Origin: Macrostomum hystrix
Lineage: Eukaryota > Animalia > Platyhelminthes
Assembly (NCBI GenBank): GCA_950097015.1
Contig: CATNEN010000024.1
Location: 1,178,001 to 1,242,000, forward strand
Length of the DNA: 64,000 bases
Direction: 5' to 3'
The translations under genes and the position numbers were made by a program. How positions within the stretch are numbered: position 1 is the stretch's first letter; every line of letters begins with the position of its first letter. Below are positions 39,101 to 50,200 of this stretch, piece after piece. The notes beneath the pieces were generated by a model that was not told where the DNA came from, did not search any database, and saw only the letters and a list, made by a program, of their open reading frames with translations.

Positions 39101-42100
39101 GCCGCCAGAGCATCGACACCGCCCGAAGTCGCGGCGCTGGAGCTGGCCGGAGCGCGTTGAAGCCACAGTCGGACTCGATCCAGGGGGACGCCGGCTGGCG
39201 AGTCCGAGGCCGAAGCTGCCAGATGGTCGCCGAGGCGGCGCAGCGACCACCGGCGGGATTGCACCAGCTCGGCGATGCCGGCCAGGTTGTTCAGAAGCTC
39301 CTCCTCATGCGACACGGCCAGCGCTGACATCGCGGATGGGAGAGCCGGCGGCTGCTGCTCTGGCGGCGGCGGCGGCGGCATCGGCTGGTGCTGCTTCTGA
39401 GCCGCCTCTTCAGACTCGCGCTCCCGGTGACTGCCGAAGAAGCTCAACGAGCGGCTCAGCCGTTTCTTGAACGAAATTGACGTCGACGAGGATAAAGGCT
39501 GCGGCAGAGCTAACGGCGGCGGTAGCGACGGCTCCACCCTCTCCTGTCTCCCGCTGATGCCACCATCGTCCATGAGGACACAGTCATCACTGTTGTGCCT
39601 CCTGGCGACGGCGGGCTGTCCGTTAGAATCGTCGGCATCCCGACCTTCGGTGTTGGCAAGTCGTCGAGAGCGCGCCTTCTCGCCAACTGTCGAGGAAGAC
39701 CGTCGCCTGCGCTGCAGCAGGAAGTTCTTGGCCCTCTGGCGGAGGCCCATCGGCTTTGCCGCGCTGGACGCCGCCGCGGGGACCGGCTGGTCGAAATCGC
39801 TGAGCGACGCATAGTTCGGATCTTCGTCCTGAAGCTCCTTGCCGGGCGTGGCGGATCTGCGCATATCGGCTGTCGGGCTGAGGTTCAAAGACAGTCGCTG
39901 GTCCGCTGTGCGGCTTGCGGCACTGGCGGCTGCTGCCACGGTCGGACTCGACCGACTGACGACTCGGCGTAGCTGGCTAGAAGCTTCAAGATCGTCAAAG
40001 CCCGACTGCTGGCTGGCGATGGCGGCTCCCACGGCGACGACGGAAGAGTCGGAGTCTGGGCCGGTAACGGAACGGGAGCGAGCGAGGGCGAGGCGGTAGA
40101 TGCGGCTTTTCACTGTGCGCGGTTTCAACGGAGTCTCGCTTTGCGGCTGCGGCTGTGGCTGAGGTGTGTCAGCGCACTCGACTGCCCATCGTCGACGAGC
40201 GCCGAAGCTGGCGGCGTCAGCTGAACGTGGACGTAGAAGTGGCTTTGACCCGGCCGACGTAGGCTTTGACCCGGCTGACGGAGAGAAGAGCTTCGAGAGG
40301 CGCCGGGTCTGGAAAGAGATTGTTGTAAATTATCTGTAACTGGGGCGAATAGGATATTTGAGTTGAGAAAAGTAGCAGACTCAACCTGAGGGACATAGCA
40401 GACTCAATCTGAGCGACAAAGCAGACTCAACATGAGCGACAAAGCAGACTCAATCTGAGGGACAAAGCAGACTCAATCTGAGGGACAAAGCAGACTCAAT
40501 CTGAGGGACAAAGCAGACTCAATCTGAGGGACATAGCAGACTCAACCTGAGGGACATAGCAGACTCAATCTAAAACGAAAAATTGAATTTTTGGCCCTAA
40601 ATCTTGGGCCTAAATCATGAGATTCCATCGCCTAGTCGCGGATTCGAACTCATGACCTCTAGTTTGACTTGTAAAACTTACCGCGCGAACAGCTTCACGA
40701 TGAGAGCAGCAGGTTTTAAAAAATTAACTATAATGTGCTCAGACAAAATGGAATATAAGATCTGGGAGGTCAGGTTTGAGTAGTTTTTCCTCTCAGGAAC
40801 TCTTTAAAAGAACTGTTTTGGTTTGACACTCTGGCCACAAGCTCGCGGTTGAGTGTTTGGGATTGTGTGTGAGCTTTTAGCCGGCGAAACAGCAAACCCG
40901 CCCCGTTCACGCACTCAACTGTGGCAGCAAGGGAGAGTATAGCGGTGCGTGGGGTTGAGTTGGGAGCGATGCTGTCAATGGCTTTAGTTTTATATAGTGC
41001 GCCGCCACGGCCAGTGCGTTGGTGAGGCGGGTTGGCTGGAGCTTACGCGAGTCCTATAATAGCTTCCTTGGCTAGGGAAAATGCACACACACACACACAC
41101 TCTGCCGCCGCCGCTGCCACCGCCGCCTGCGCGGCGTCGACAATCTGGCCGCCCAAGAGAGAGAGAGAAAGAGCAGAACTACTGGGGAGGGGTCGGGTGT
41201 ATTTTTTGGAGAGAGAACGCGGGCATAATGAGATTGTTATAGGGTGGCTTTGAGGTTGAGCCGAGACAGACAGGATAAAATGCTGATAGTGTAGACACAC
41301 AGTCACACAGAGAGAGGCAAGTTCAATAGGAATCTATGAGCAGGAACTGGGAAAAGGCCAGTGTTCAGTGTTCTCTCTCTCATGTTTTTGCTGCATGGAT
41401 CAGCCAATCCTGACTGAGATGCTCAATCACATCATTTATCATCTGCATGGGCAGACAAGGGGGAGACACACAGTGGCATTCTTATTTACAACCTCAGTAG
41501 TAGATAAATTAGATGGATAGATAGATGCATGCGAGTATGAAGGACTGCAGAAATGAGTCAACAAAAAAATTCTGACAACTTTCCGCGGGGTCAACCGGCA
41601 GTCCCCACATCACTATAGGATATTGCCCCATCCCAGTGCATCCCAGACTCTGTCGCATTTGCCGCGGTCCATTTGCATGCGAGGGGCAAGTATATTTAGG
41701 ATGCATCGCGTTGTGTTCCGCTCTGCCCTTGCGGGTGGGGATTGTTATGGACGTGATATTTACACCACTTCCCGAGCTGTGCTCGAAGGCGCACTGGAAA
41801 TTAGCTCACATCCGAAATGCGCCATTCGACTTTTAGTATATGGGCGAGACATCAAACCCGCGTGGCATGCATTAATCAAGGCTTGAACATAAAAATGTAG
41901 GAAAGTTTTTCTATTTTCTCTCGCTCCTCTAGTTAGTCCTATCAGTTTCTATAAAACAACTACAGTAATAAAGGATGCACTGAACTGGGCCCCTTGCTAA
42001 CCAGATAGATAAACAAAGACTAGCGTGCCTAAAGTGCACAGTTACACAAACAAAGACTAGCGTGCCTGAAGTCCACAGATAGATAAACAAAGACTAGCAT

Positions 42101-42686
42101 GCCTAAAGTGCACAGTAAGATAAACAAAGACTAGTGTGCCTAAAGTACATCTGTACTTTGAACACGAAGGAGAAAAAAGCGAATATTAAAAATTAAATCC
42201 CGGACTCAAGCTCTCTGTATTTCAGTCGAACCAACTTTTAGTTGAATATTTACGGCACTCAAACAAATGCATTTTATGTTGATAACTTACAACAACTGAG
42301 GCGCCGGGCATTGACAACGGATTCGAAGTCGAGCGTGGAAGCGGCGGCTGCGTCGGCCCTGATTCGTCGACCTCGGCCGCATTCGGGAAGAACAGCCGGC
42401 CGGGACTCGGCGCCCGGCCCTCCTCGATGAGCCGGCGGGCCAGCGACGCAGCCGCGGCGTCGTTGACGCTTGTCGCCGTCTCGGAGGCCGCCTCGTAGCG
42501 GCAGCGAATCAACGGCGGACGAGTCTCCGGGGTCAAGACGTTGAAAATGGCAGTTCCATTATCTGGGTCGGCGGCAGCGGCGGCGGATGACGCGGAACCG
42601 CTGGCTGGCTGTCGCTGACGAAGCGGCGGAATGTCTGCGGAATTAAAACCGCAGTAGCATGGGGGCTGTAGGCGCTGACGCATCAT
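30174..42686 (-). CDS. Low-complexity S/P/A/Q-rich protein, possible signalling adaptor. Exons 42686-42291, 40308-38781, 31936-31828, 31290-30174
   Basis: GC-rich exons joined by phase-compatible GT-AG junctions (gtt|GTAAGT, phase 0; g|GTGAGC, phase 1; aa|GTGAGC, phase 2) give one continuous ORF of about 1050 aa. Motifs DPNYASL, EDVYAQV and PVPPRR. No globular domain recognised; the true start may lie further upstream. Confidence 0.75.
31318..31700. repeat. 30-bp intronic minisatellite
   Basis: gggagattagaatcccattacactcagtgt, ~12 copies, with a/c variants. Confidence 0.97.
32815..34410. repeat. 22-bp bipartite minisatellite
   Basis: gatactatcccgataaccttat variants up to ~33575, then gatactatcccgataatcctct. 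Confidence 0.97.
35255..35815. repeat. 35-bp minisatellite
   Basis: catagaattgggaatcaaatgagattcgaaaatac, ~16 copies. Confidence 0.97.
36790..37740. repeat. 29/30-bp purine-rich minisatellite
   Basis: aggtagaggtgatgaaggcggggagagga, about 32 copies; strongly G/A-skewed on the + strand. Confidence 0.97.
40372..40572. repeat. 23-bp intronic minisatellite
   Basis: agcagactcaatctgagggacaa, ~9 copies. Confidence 0.93.
40682..40997 (-). promoter_or_regulatory. Putative internal TATA promoter and alternative non-coding first exon
   Basis: Minus-strand CTATATAAAA at 40997-40988, GC-rich context, and a consensus gcgcg|GTAAGT donor at 40681 that could splice to the 40308 acceptor. Confidence 0.4.
42000..42150. 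repeat. ~40-bp degenerate short array
   Basis: aaacaaagactagcgtgcctaaagtgcacag, ~4 copies. Confidence 0.8.
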
Positions 42687-43646
42687 TTGATGACAGCCGA
42701 CCCGCAGCCAGCAAAGTGGCGATTCTGCCAATTCCGCTGACTATTGAGCACGCACTCACACAGCTCACACAGCAGTGTACATTTTTCCGCCAGTTTTAGA
42801 TTATTGATAAGTCATCATCATGAAGCCGATTCATTCGATACTAATACGTATAATATTTTAATCCCAAAGTGTGACTCAGTTAAATTTCTATCTGATCACT
42901 GCATGTTTCATATTGATAGTAAATTGTTAAACTCAACGAACACAGTTTTCTGAAGCCCATGTCTTTGTTCCCCGATTGGTGAAAAAAAGTGCTTATCATA
43001 TTTGGAGAATTATGAGGAGGGTGCGAGTTCTGAATTGGTTTGCTCATGCTGAGTAAGCCCCAGACAAGCGCCAGACTGTACTATAATTCTAGCGCAGTTT
43101 GGCTCAGTTGAACTCAGACAAAAAAATGTATAAGAAAATGAAATTTTTAGTGCTCAGATTCCTTTGTGCTACTGAATATCCAGTTTATAAGCTTCCTGCT
43201 ATAGGGCTGTGTCCGATCTTACGCAGTCATGCGGTGAAATGAACAATGTGCTTTCTTAGCATAGGCTCATGGGATCCAATTTCTGGGATTTGTTTGCTTG
43301 ATGGAATAGAACTCCTGACCCTCTCCGAGAGGCACTGTTAAATGATCAATCCAAAAGCTGCTTTTGTATTGTCGGATAGAAGACTTTGACAGAATTGTAT
43401 AGCTGCAATGGCATGCGGTCTGAATGCGGTCGCGTGGAGACAAAGAGGTCAAACAGTAATGCCCCCCTCTGGCCGCTGTGACTCATCTGGGCTCTTGGTC
43501 AGGGGACTCCCAAGCAGCACCACCAACCAATGCGACAAAAGTTATTTTACAATAACCCATGCAGCCCGCCCTCTTTAAGTTGGGATAACAAGTTTTGCGT
43601 GCCGGGAGGGGAGGGGAGTACTTTGATCCCTTGGGGGATCAGTCAT

Positions 43647-45228
43647 TTAGGCGGTGGCGGGGGAATTGCTAGCGGCTGCTCCAATAATCTGCGGGGAGGG
43701 CTGCCAAGTGTTCGCATCGGCAGGCACACAAAGGGAATGCTTGAAGAAGGGGCCACCATAATCCATAGCATGAGTGGCTTTTACAGTGAACAATTGTGAG
43801 CTGTCATAGCTGTCACAGCCACAGCTCATGCAGTGGTGACACACGGTAGTTTTATGCTCAGCTTGTCGTCCATCAAATCTGATTATTGATATAGGAAGTT
43901 TGATTTGCTGCTCTGGTTAGGATCAATGAGTCAGTCAGTGCGTGGGCGACTAATTATTGTGAATTAGATAACCAACAAATATAACAACTGAGTAATCGGA
44001 ACAGAAAATTCCCCTAATTAGCTAAAAACTGAAACAAAAATTGTCACTGGTGTGGGAGGGAATAAAATTAATTGTCTTTCAAAGTCGTTGACCCAAAGCT
44101 GGCTTTTTTTAAACAACAGAAAATTAGCACTTATCAAAATCTTATTTTTGACCGTGGGTGATAAAAACAATGCTAGTCAAAAATTATAGAAAGGCAAATA
44201 TAGGAAATTAAATGTTTAAATAAAACACAGAAAATTTTACAACAAAAAATTTTTCAAATAATAATTTCTTTATTTCACATAAAACTATGTATTATTTCCC
44301 GCAATTGAAGTATATCTATTTGGTTTATGTTTCTTAAATGATTTCGAAAAGCTTTAAACACAATACTGAAGAAATTCAATCGATCATAAAGTATTAGAAC
44401 TAAAACATATATATGAATAGTAATGCTTTAAAATTTTACAGTTGACAATATCTAGCTATGTAGGTGTTGATTGCAATTTGGCCAATTGACTAATTATTAA
44501 TATAAAACTATAAGCTAAATGGTTGTAAATCATATTCAGATTTTAAATGCTAATAAGTTTATCAGGTTTCCAACATGTTGTTTTATATTTGTCTTACTGT
44601 TATTTCAAACAATTTAATAAAGTTTTAAGCAAATTAAAACTAAAATTTTATTTTCTTCTAGGTAAAAAAACTACTAAAAGTGCAAGAACTTACCCAACAA
44701 ATCTATGGCGTCGAGTTGTTCAAAATCAAAGTCCAAGTTTAAAACTCTTTCCCTGAGCGATATCATTCGCTGATGAATTGATTTTAGTTGCTCAGTATAA
44801 TCAGCATAAGCATCTAAAAAATAACTGACTACTTTCTGGGCATTTTCAGTGAAGCACTTGTCTGCAAACAAGTCCATGCGCTGATAGTTGCCAAATATTG
44901 AGGACACTTCCTTCTGTTCAGGCGACTGTAGATTGGAAGCCTCAAGATAGCTGTAAGTCTGGACATTATGTACAGTAAGGGGACTGTTCGAAACTAACAC
45001 TTCTTGGGCGTTTTTACTGCTCACAGAAATATCAAAACTGCATTTGCTGTCTACCTGACACAGTTCCGCATAGTGATCTGCATCGAAGCTGTCTGATTCT
45101 TGTTGGCTAATATTAAAATTCTCATTTGCACTATCATGGCTAGTGTTGCTATGTAGAGGCAACACTTTAGCTATAGGACATGCACTCGCTTCCATAAATC
45201 CACGATTTTTGCCTTCATTACTAATCAT
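43647..45228 (-). CDS. Orphan protein of about 266 aa, 2 exons: 45228-44694, 43912-43647
   Basis: A 178-codon ORF ends at a consensus g|GTAAGT donor (phase 1). The acceptor ctaaccAG|ag at 43913 is phase compatible and opens EQQIKLPISIIRFDG...CHHCMSCGC...ATA*. Lower GC than neighbouring genes. Confidence 0.55.
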
Positions 45229-46339
45229 GATTTTAAAAGTTTAAAATAAGAATAGGGTAGTGTATAAAATGTTCCACATTTTTAGTGAAAAAAATAAACT
45301 AACGAACTCTCGCTAACTGGGCATAAGGCGTGCAAATCACCAAACGAATCGGAAAATTCGATTTAAGACATCGCCTTTCTTAAATGGCTTAAATATATAA
45401 ATTCAGTTATTATCGCGATAAAAATTCCAAAAAACATACCTAAAAGTTGGAAGCACGACTTTTACAATAACATAATGTCTTCTGTTTTTGCTAAAAAAGA
45501 ATCGCGCTGTATTTTGCAATTTAACAATTTGTTTAAATTTGCTTGTAATTTTGCGGATGATTTTGTTACGAACTTATTATTTCTATTGACTTAAAACCAG
45601 TCTTTGTAGAATTTTAAAGTAGTAAACTCACAGTAGGAAATTTTATGTAAACTATTTATTATTTAATGGCGCTTTGACTTCCATGCTTCCTTGGTTTAGG
45701 GACTACTAAACACCACAAAGAGTAGTCCTTGGGTTGGTTTCTGACCTTCAGCGTTTCGCGATATTACAATATATGGTTACAATGCATATTTCTACTTATT
45801 AGTAAGTCTTGATAATAAGTATGAAAAAGGTTAAAAAACCGTATTTAAAAAAGTAAGGAATTTCAGCTGATTTTTTATCTTTTAGAATTAGAGTTAAAAG
45901 GCAAATTATTATTGGAGTGCGAATAAATTCAGATGAAAGGAAGTATTGTTACTTCAACTTTGAATTTAACCAGTTTCTTAAAAAAATGACGAATTACTTT
46001 AAGAATCTGCCTCTGAAGTAAGAGTTAATGCTGAAAGGTCTATCTACAGGGATGAAATTTGTATAGATTTGTATATATATTAATATAGCTGTTGAATTTT
46101 AATCTTTTACACGTGTATACGAAATGAACACGTAACCAAACTCTTAATAAATCCAAATTTCCGATGGCTATAAAACAATTATTGATGCCTTGAGTACAAG
46201 GATAGAAAATGCAATCTAATGTAATTAAATGAACTCTGTTGTAGTTCATCATTTATACACTCTAGCCGAATTTGTGCGTTTAAGTAGTGAAATGTTTTTT
46301 ATTCAATAATGGAAATACTCTTAGATGTGAAACCTAGCC

Positions 46340-46480
46340 AAACTCAGTCCATGGACTGGGGAGTGCACAAAACCAACTCGAACTTCTACACCAGCTGATA
46401 CTGGTACCCATTGTACAGCTGGGTGAACTGAAGCAAGAGAGAATTAAGTGTCCAGCTTCGAACTACCGAACTTTCACCTA
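46340..46480 (-). mobile_element. SINE family A copy (reverse)
   Basis: cagtccatggactg palindrome and ggtacccattgtacagctgggtga, the reverse complement of the CORE-like segment at 21780-21800. Confidence 0.65.
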
Positions 46481-47210
46481 GACTAGACTACAAGCTAGAT
46501 TGTTAAACAAATAATTATGAAGCATAGAAGAAAATGTACACTTTGCAAGAACAAGCTAGGAGTAGGCAAAAACTGATTTAGCCGGTTCCGCCAAATCGAG
46601 TGACACATGTTATGCTGACTTTCTATTTTATAACGATGCAGCTTCAAATAGATAGCAAACCGATGATGAAACAGACGGAACAGGATTACAGACAAACAGG
46701 AGGAGCGGGTCGGGGTACATTGAAAGAAAAAGTTTAGACAGTTCTGCTGTTTACAGTGAGCCAGCAAGGCCAGTAGATTGCTACGATTTCGTGCGCCTCA
46801 AGCATTCTTAGTGAGGATACACAGTTGATAAAAAACACAACTGAAATAATTATAAAAAGGAAAAAACACACCCACATATCCTATGCGGTGCTCTTCGATT
46901 TAGAGATCAGAATAGCTGTTAGAGTCTTCTTTTAGAAGCAAGGAATTCTAGATGGAGACTTTAGAACTCCCAGGAATATGTAGTTGAGTGAGTTTAATTC
47001 AAGGGTTTCTATATGGGAATTTACTGCTAATAGTTATTAAAAGTAGCAGTTGCGGCGCACGCTGACCAAACGTGCGAGTTGAAATAATCTAAATAAACAG
47101 TTTCCGACGTTAAACTTAATCATAAATCAACCGGTGACACGCAGGAGTTGAAAATTGTAGCAGTATTAAACTTCAGTATTAGCGCTATTAGTATGACAAG
47201 TCCTGTTGCA

Positions 47211-50200
47211 TTAGCGTAGCTTGATTACACCGACTGCTTTCTTAGCAACCGCTTCGGTGTCCTTAGCAACTGCTGCCACAGCCGCCTCCTGATTGCTCGC
47301 GACCGATTTTCCGTCAACTCCGTCTGTTTGATCAGAACTGAAAATAACAAGTTTTGGATTAGAAACGTGTAAAAATAAACATTTCAGATAACCCGTTTCA
47401 AACCCCTTGACACTTCACTGAAACAGCCGCTATCCTACAATCCCCTGACACTTGAGTGAAACAGCCGCTATCCTACAATCCCCTGACACTTAAGTGAAAC
47501 AGCCGCTATCCTACAATACCCTGACACTTGAGTGAAACAGACGCTATCCTACAATCCCCTGACACTTCAGTGAAATAGCCGCTATCCTACAATCCCCTGA
47601 CACTTCAGTGAAACAGCCGCTATCCTACAATCCCCTGACACTTAAGTGAAACAGCCGCTATCCTACAATACCCTGACACTTATGTGAAACAGCCGCTATC
47701 CTACAATACCCTGACACTTATGTGAAACAGCCGCTATCCTACAATCCCCTGACACTTATGTGAAACAGCCGCTATCCTACAATCCCCTGACACTTATGTG
47801 AAACAGCCGCTATCCTACAATCCCCTGACACTTATGTGAAACAGCCGCTATCCTACAATCCCTTGACACTTGAGTGAAACAGCCGCTATCCTACAATCCC
47901 CTGACACTTGAGTGAAACAGCCGCTAAAATACAAATTACCAATCCGAAAGAATCAACAGATTTGTCTCACCCCTGAGATGCAGGAGCTGCAGCGGGTGCA
48001 GCCTGTTTAGTCCAGACCAGCTTATTTCGGCTAGGCAAGCTGGGGTGGCTGAACAGGCAGGTCTGCTGGTTGGTACAGGCCAAGCCGTAGCGGCACATTG
48101 TAGTCGGATGATAAAACGGGCAGGAGACATTGTGGCAGTTGGGAAAGAATCGACACTTCACTTGACCGGCAATGGGCCGGCCGGTGGCAGCGGCGACGGC
48201 GGCTGGCGCGGGTGCGGCTGCAACAGCCGGCGGCCTGCCGCTGTGCGAGTAGGGGCACACCGGGTTGGCGCACATGGCTTGAAAACGACACGGCGGATGC
48301 ACGTAGAGACAGGCGGTGCCAAATTTGCAATTGGGAAACATTTTGCACGGCTCAGTCGGGTGCCAGTAGGGGCAGGCCTGACCAGCCTTGCAAGCTGGCC
48401 AGAAACGGCAGCGCTGCTTGCCGGATTGCTGCTGCTGCTGCTGAGCATTAGCGTTGGCGGCTGCCACCGCGGCAGTGGCGGCTCGCTTGTAGGGACTCTG
48501 CTCGTCTTCTGTATCCGAGTCTAAAAAATGGAATTTGCATAAACAATTACTAAATGTAGCTTCAATATTAGAGATTCACTACTGAAAGTAAAAACAGAAG
48601 GTAGTTAAGCCAAAAAATGTTAAATTCAGATTTTATCAAAATATCCTGTGCCTGCCGTTGCTAGCCAACTCTAGCCAAGGAGCCAATATTGGCAATGCTC
48701 AGAGCTGGTGTAATGGTGCAGGTGTCAATTGGCTAATCTGCCAACCTGATTAGATGATAAGGCAGAATCAAATAAATCTACACTCTCCAGTCAGATTACA
48801 TGTTGGACGATTCTATCTGGTTATTTTTACTATAACTGTACTTGAGGCAGCAGCTTTCATTGTCCATGTTCACGCTAGCCAGCAGGGTCTCACTGAGCAG
48901 CAAGAGATATGCCAGAGTACTGAGAACATTGTGAGCTTATCTGCGAATTCTTTATGAGCTGACGATTGCACCGTGATTAGCGAGACTAATCTGCGACCTC
49001 AGCAAGAGAGTCATTGGCATTGGAAGAGGTAAACATCTAGTAACAATAAAAAAATATTTTCTATGAGTTTTGAAAATCCTATTATCTTTTGCGAATGTGT
49101 CAAGTAGGTAATCTCTGTATTGTCAGCCAAGAGAGCATGTTATATTAATTAAACTGATGCATAAATACAACATGACTGTTTTGCTGGCCAGACAAAGTTT
49201 ATAATATCTGCTTGTGCTTGACTGCCAAACTAATTGATGCATGCACAGTATTTCATGACAGCAGCGTAGAGTGGCAGCTCAAAACAAGCAATGGGTATTG
49301 TTATTAAACAAACATTTGTTACATACAGCTGTGAAATTTACTTTTCTTCTCTTAGATTTGATTGATTTGAACATTGGAATAATGATCCTCGGAATATATA
49401 GGAAGATATACGGGAATTTGAATCTGATCAATAAATGGGAATACAGATCCTCCAGAAGGGATTATTAAGAACCGGAAATACAGATCCTCCAGAAGGGATG
49501 ATTAAGAACCGGAAATACAGATCCTCCAGGAGGGATTATTAAGAACCGGAAATACAGATCCTCCAGGAGGGATTATTAAGAAACGGAAATACAGATCCTC
49601 CGATAGGGATTATTAAGAAACGGAAATACAGATCCTCCAGAAGGGATTATTAAGAAACGGAAATACAGATCCTCCAGGAGGGATTATTAAGAAACGGAAA
49701 TACAGATCCTCCGATAGGGATTATTAAGAAACGGAAATACAGATCCTCCAGAAGGGATTATTAAGAAACGGAAATACAGATCCTCCGATAGGGATTATTA
49801 AGAAACGGAAATACAGATCCTCCAGAAGAGATTATTAAGAAACGGAATTACAGATCCTCCGAAAAGATAATTGAGAAATAAAAATAAATATCGTCCGACG
49901 GGATAATTCTAAAAAGGTAATACAAATCCTTTGAAGGGCTAATAAGGTTTGGGACACACAAATCCCAACTAACCTCCGATAAGCAGCTTGTAGGAATTAG
50001 TCAACGGCAGCTCCTGTTCAAATTCCTCGAATTCGATGACTTCCTCGGCCAGACGATCTAGATCAGCGCCAATGTCGTCAGTGTCCTCCATGTCTTCATA
50101 GTCGTCAAGCTTGCCAGCTGGCTGCTGCTGCTGTTTCTGACCAAGTCGATCCGACAGTTGTCGATAACGATCGCCGGCTCCAGTCAGGGTGACAATAAAC

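Noticed and set aside
43267-43452. Short minus-strand ORF downstream of the orphan gene
   Set aside because: No ATG start or convincing donor partner; may be UTR or an unresolved exon, and is unsupported.
48830-49030. Possible cassette exon in ZC3H14 intron 4
   Set aside because: Moderately GC-rich, but all frames from the candidate acceptor stop early and no phase-compatible exon results.
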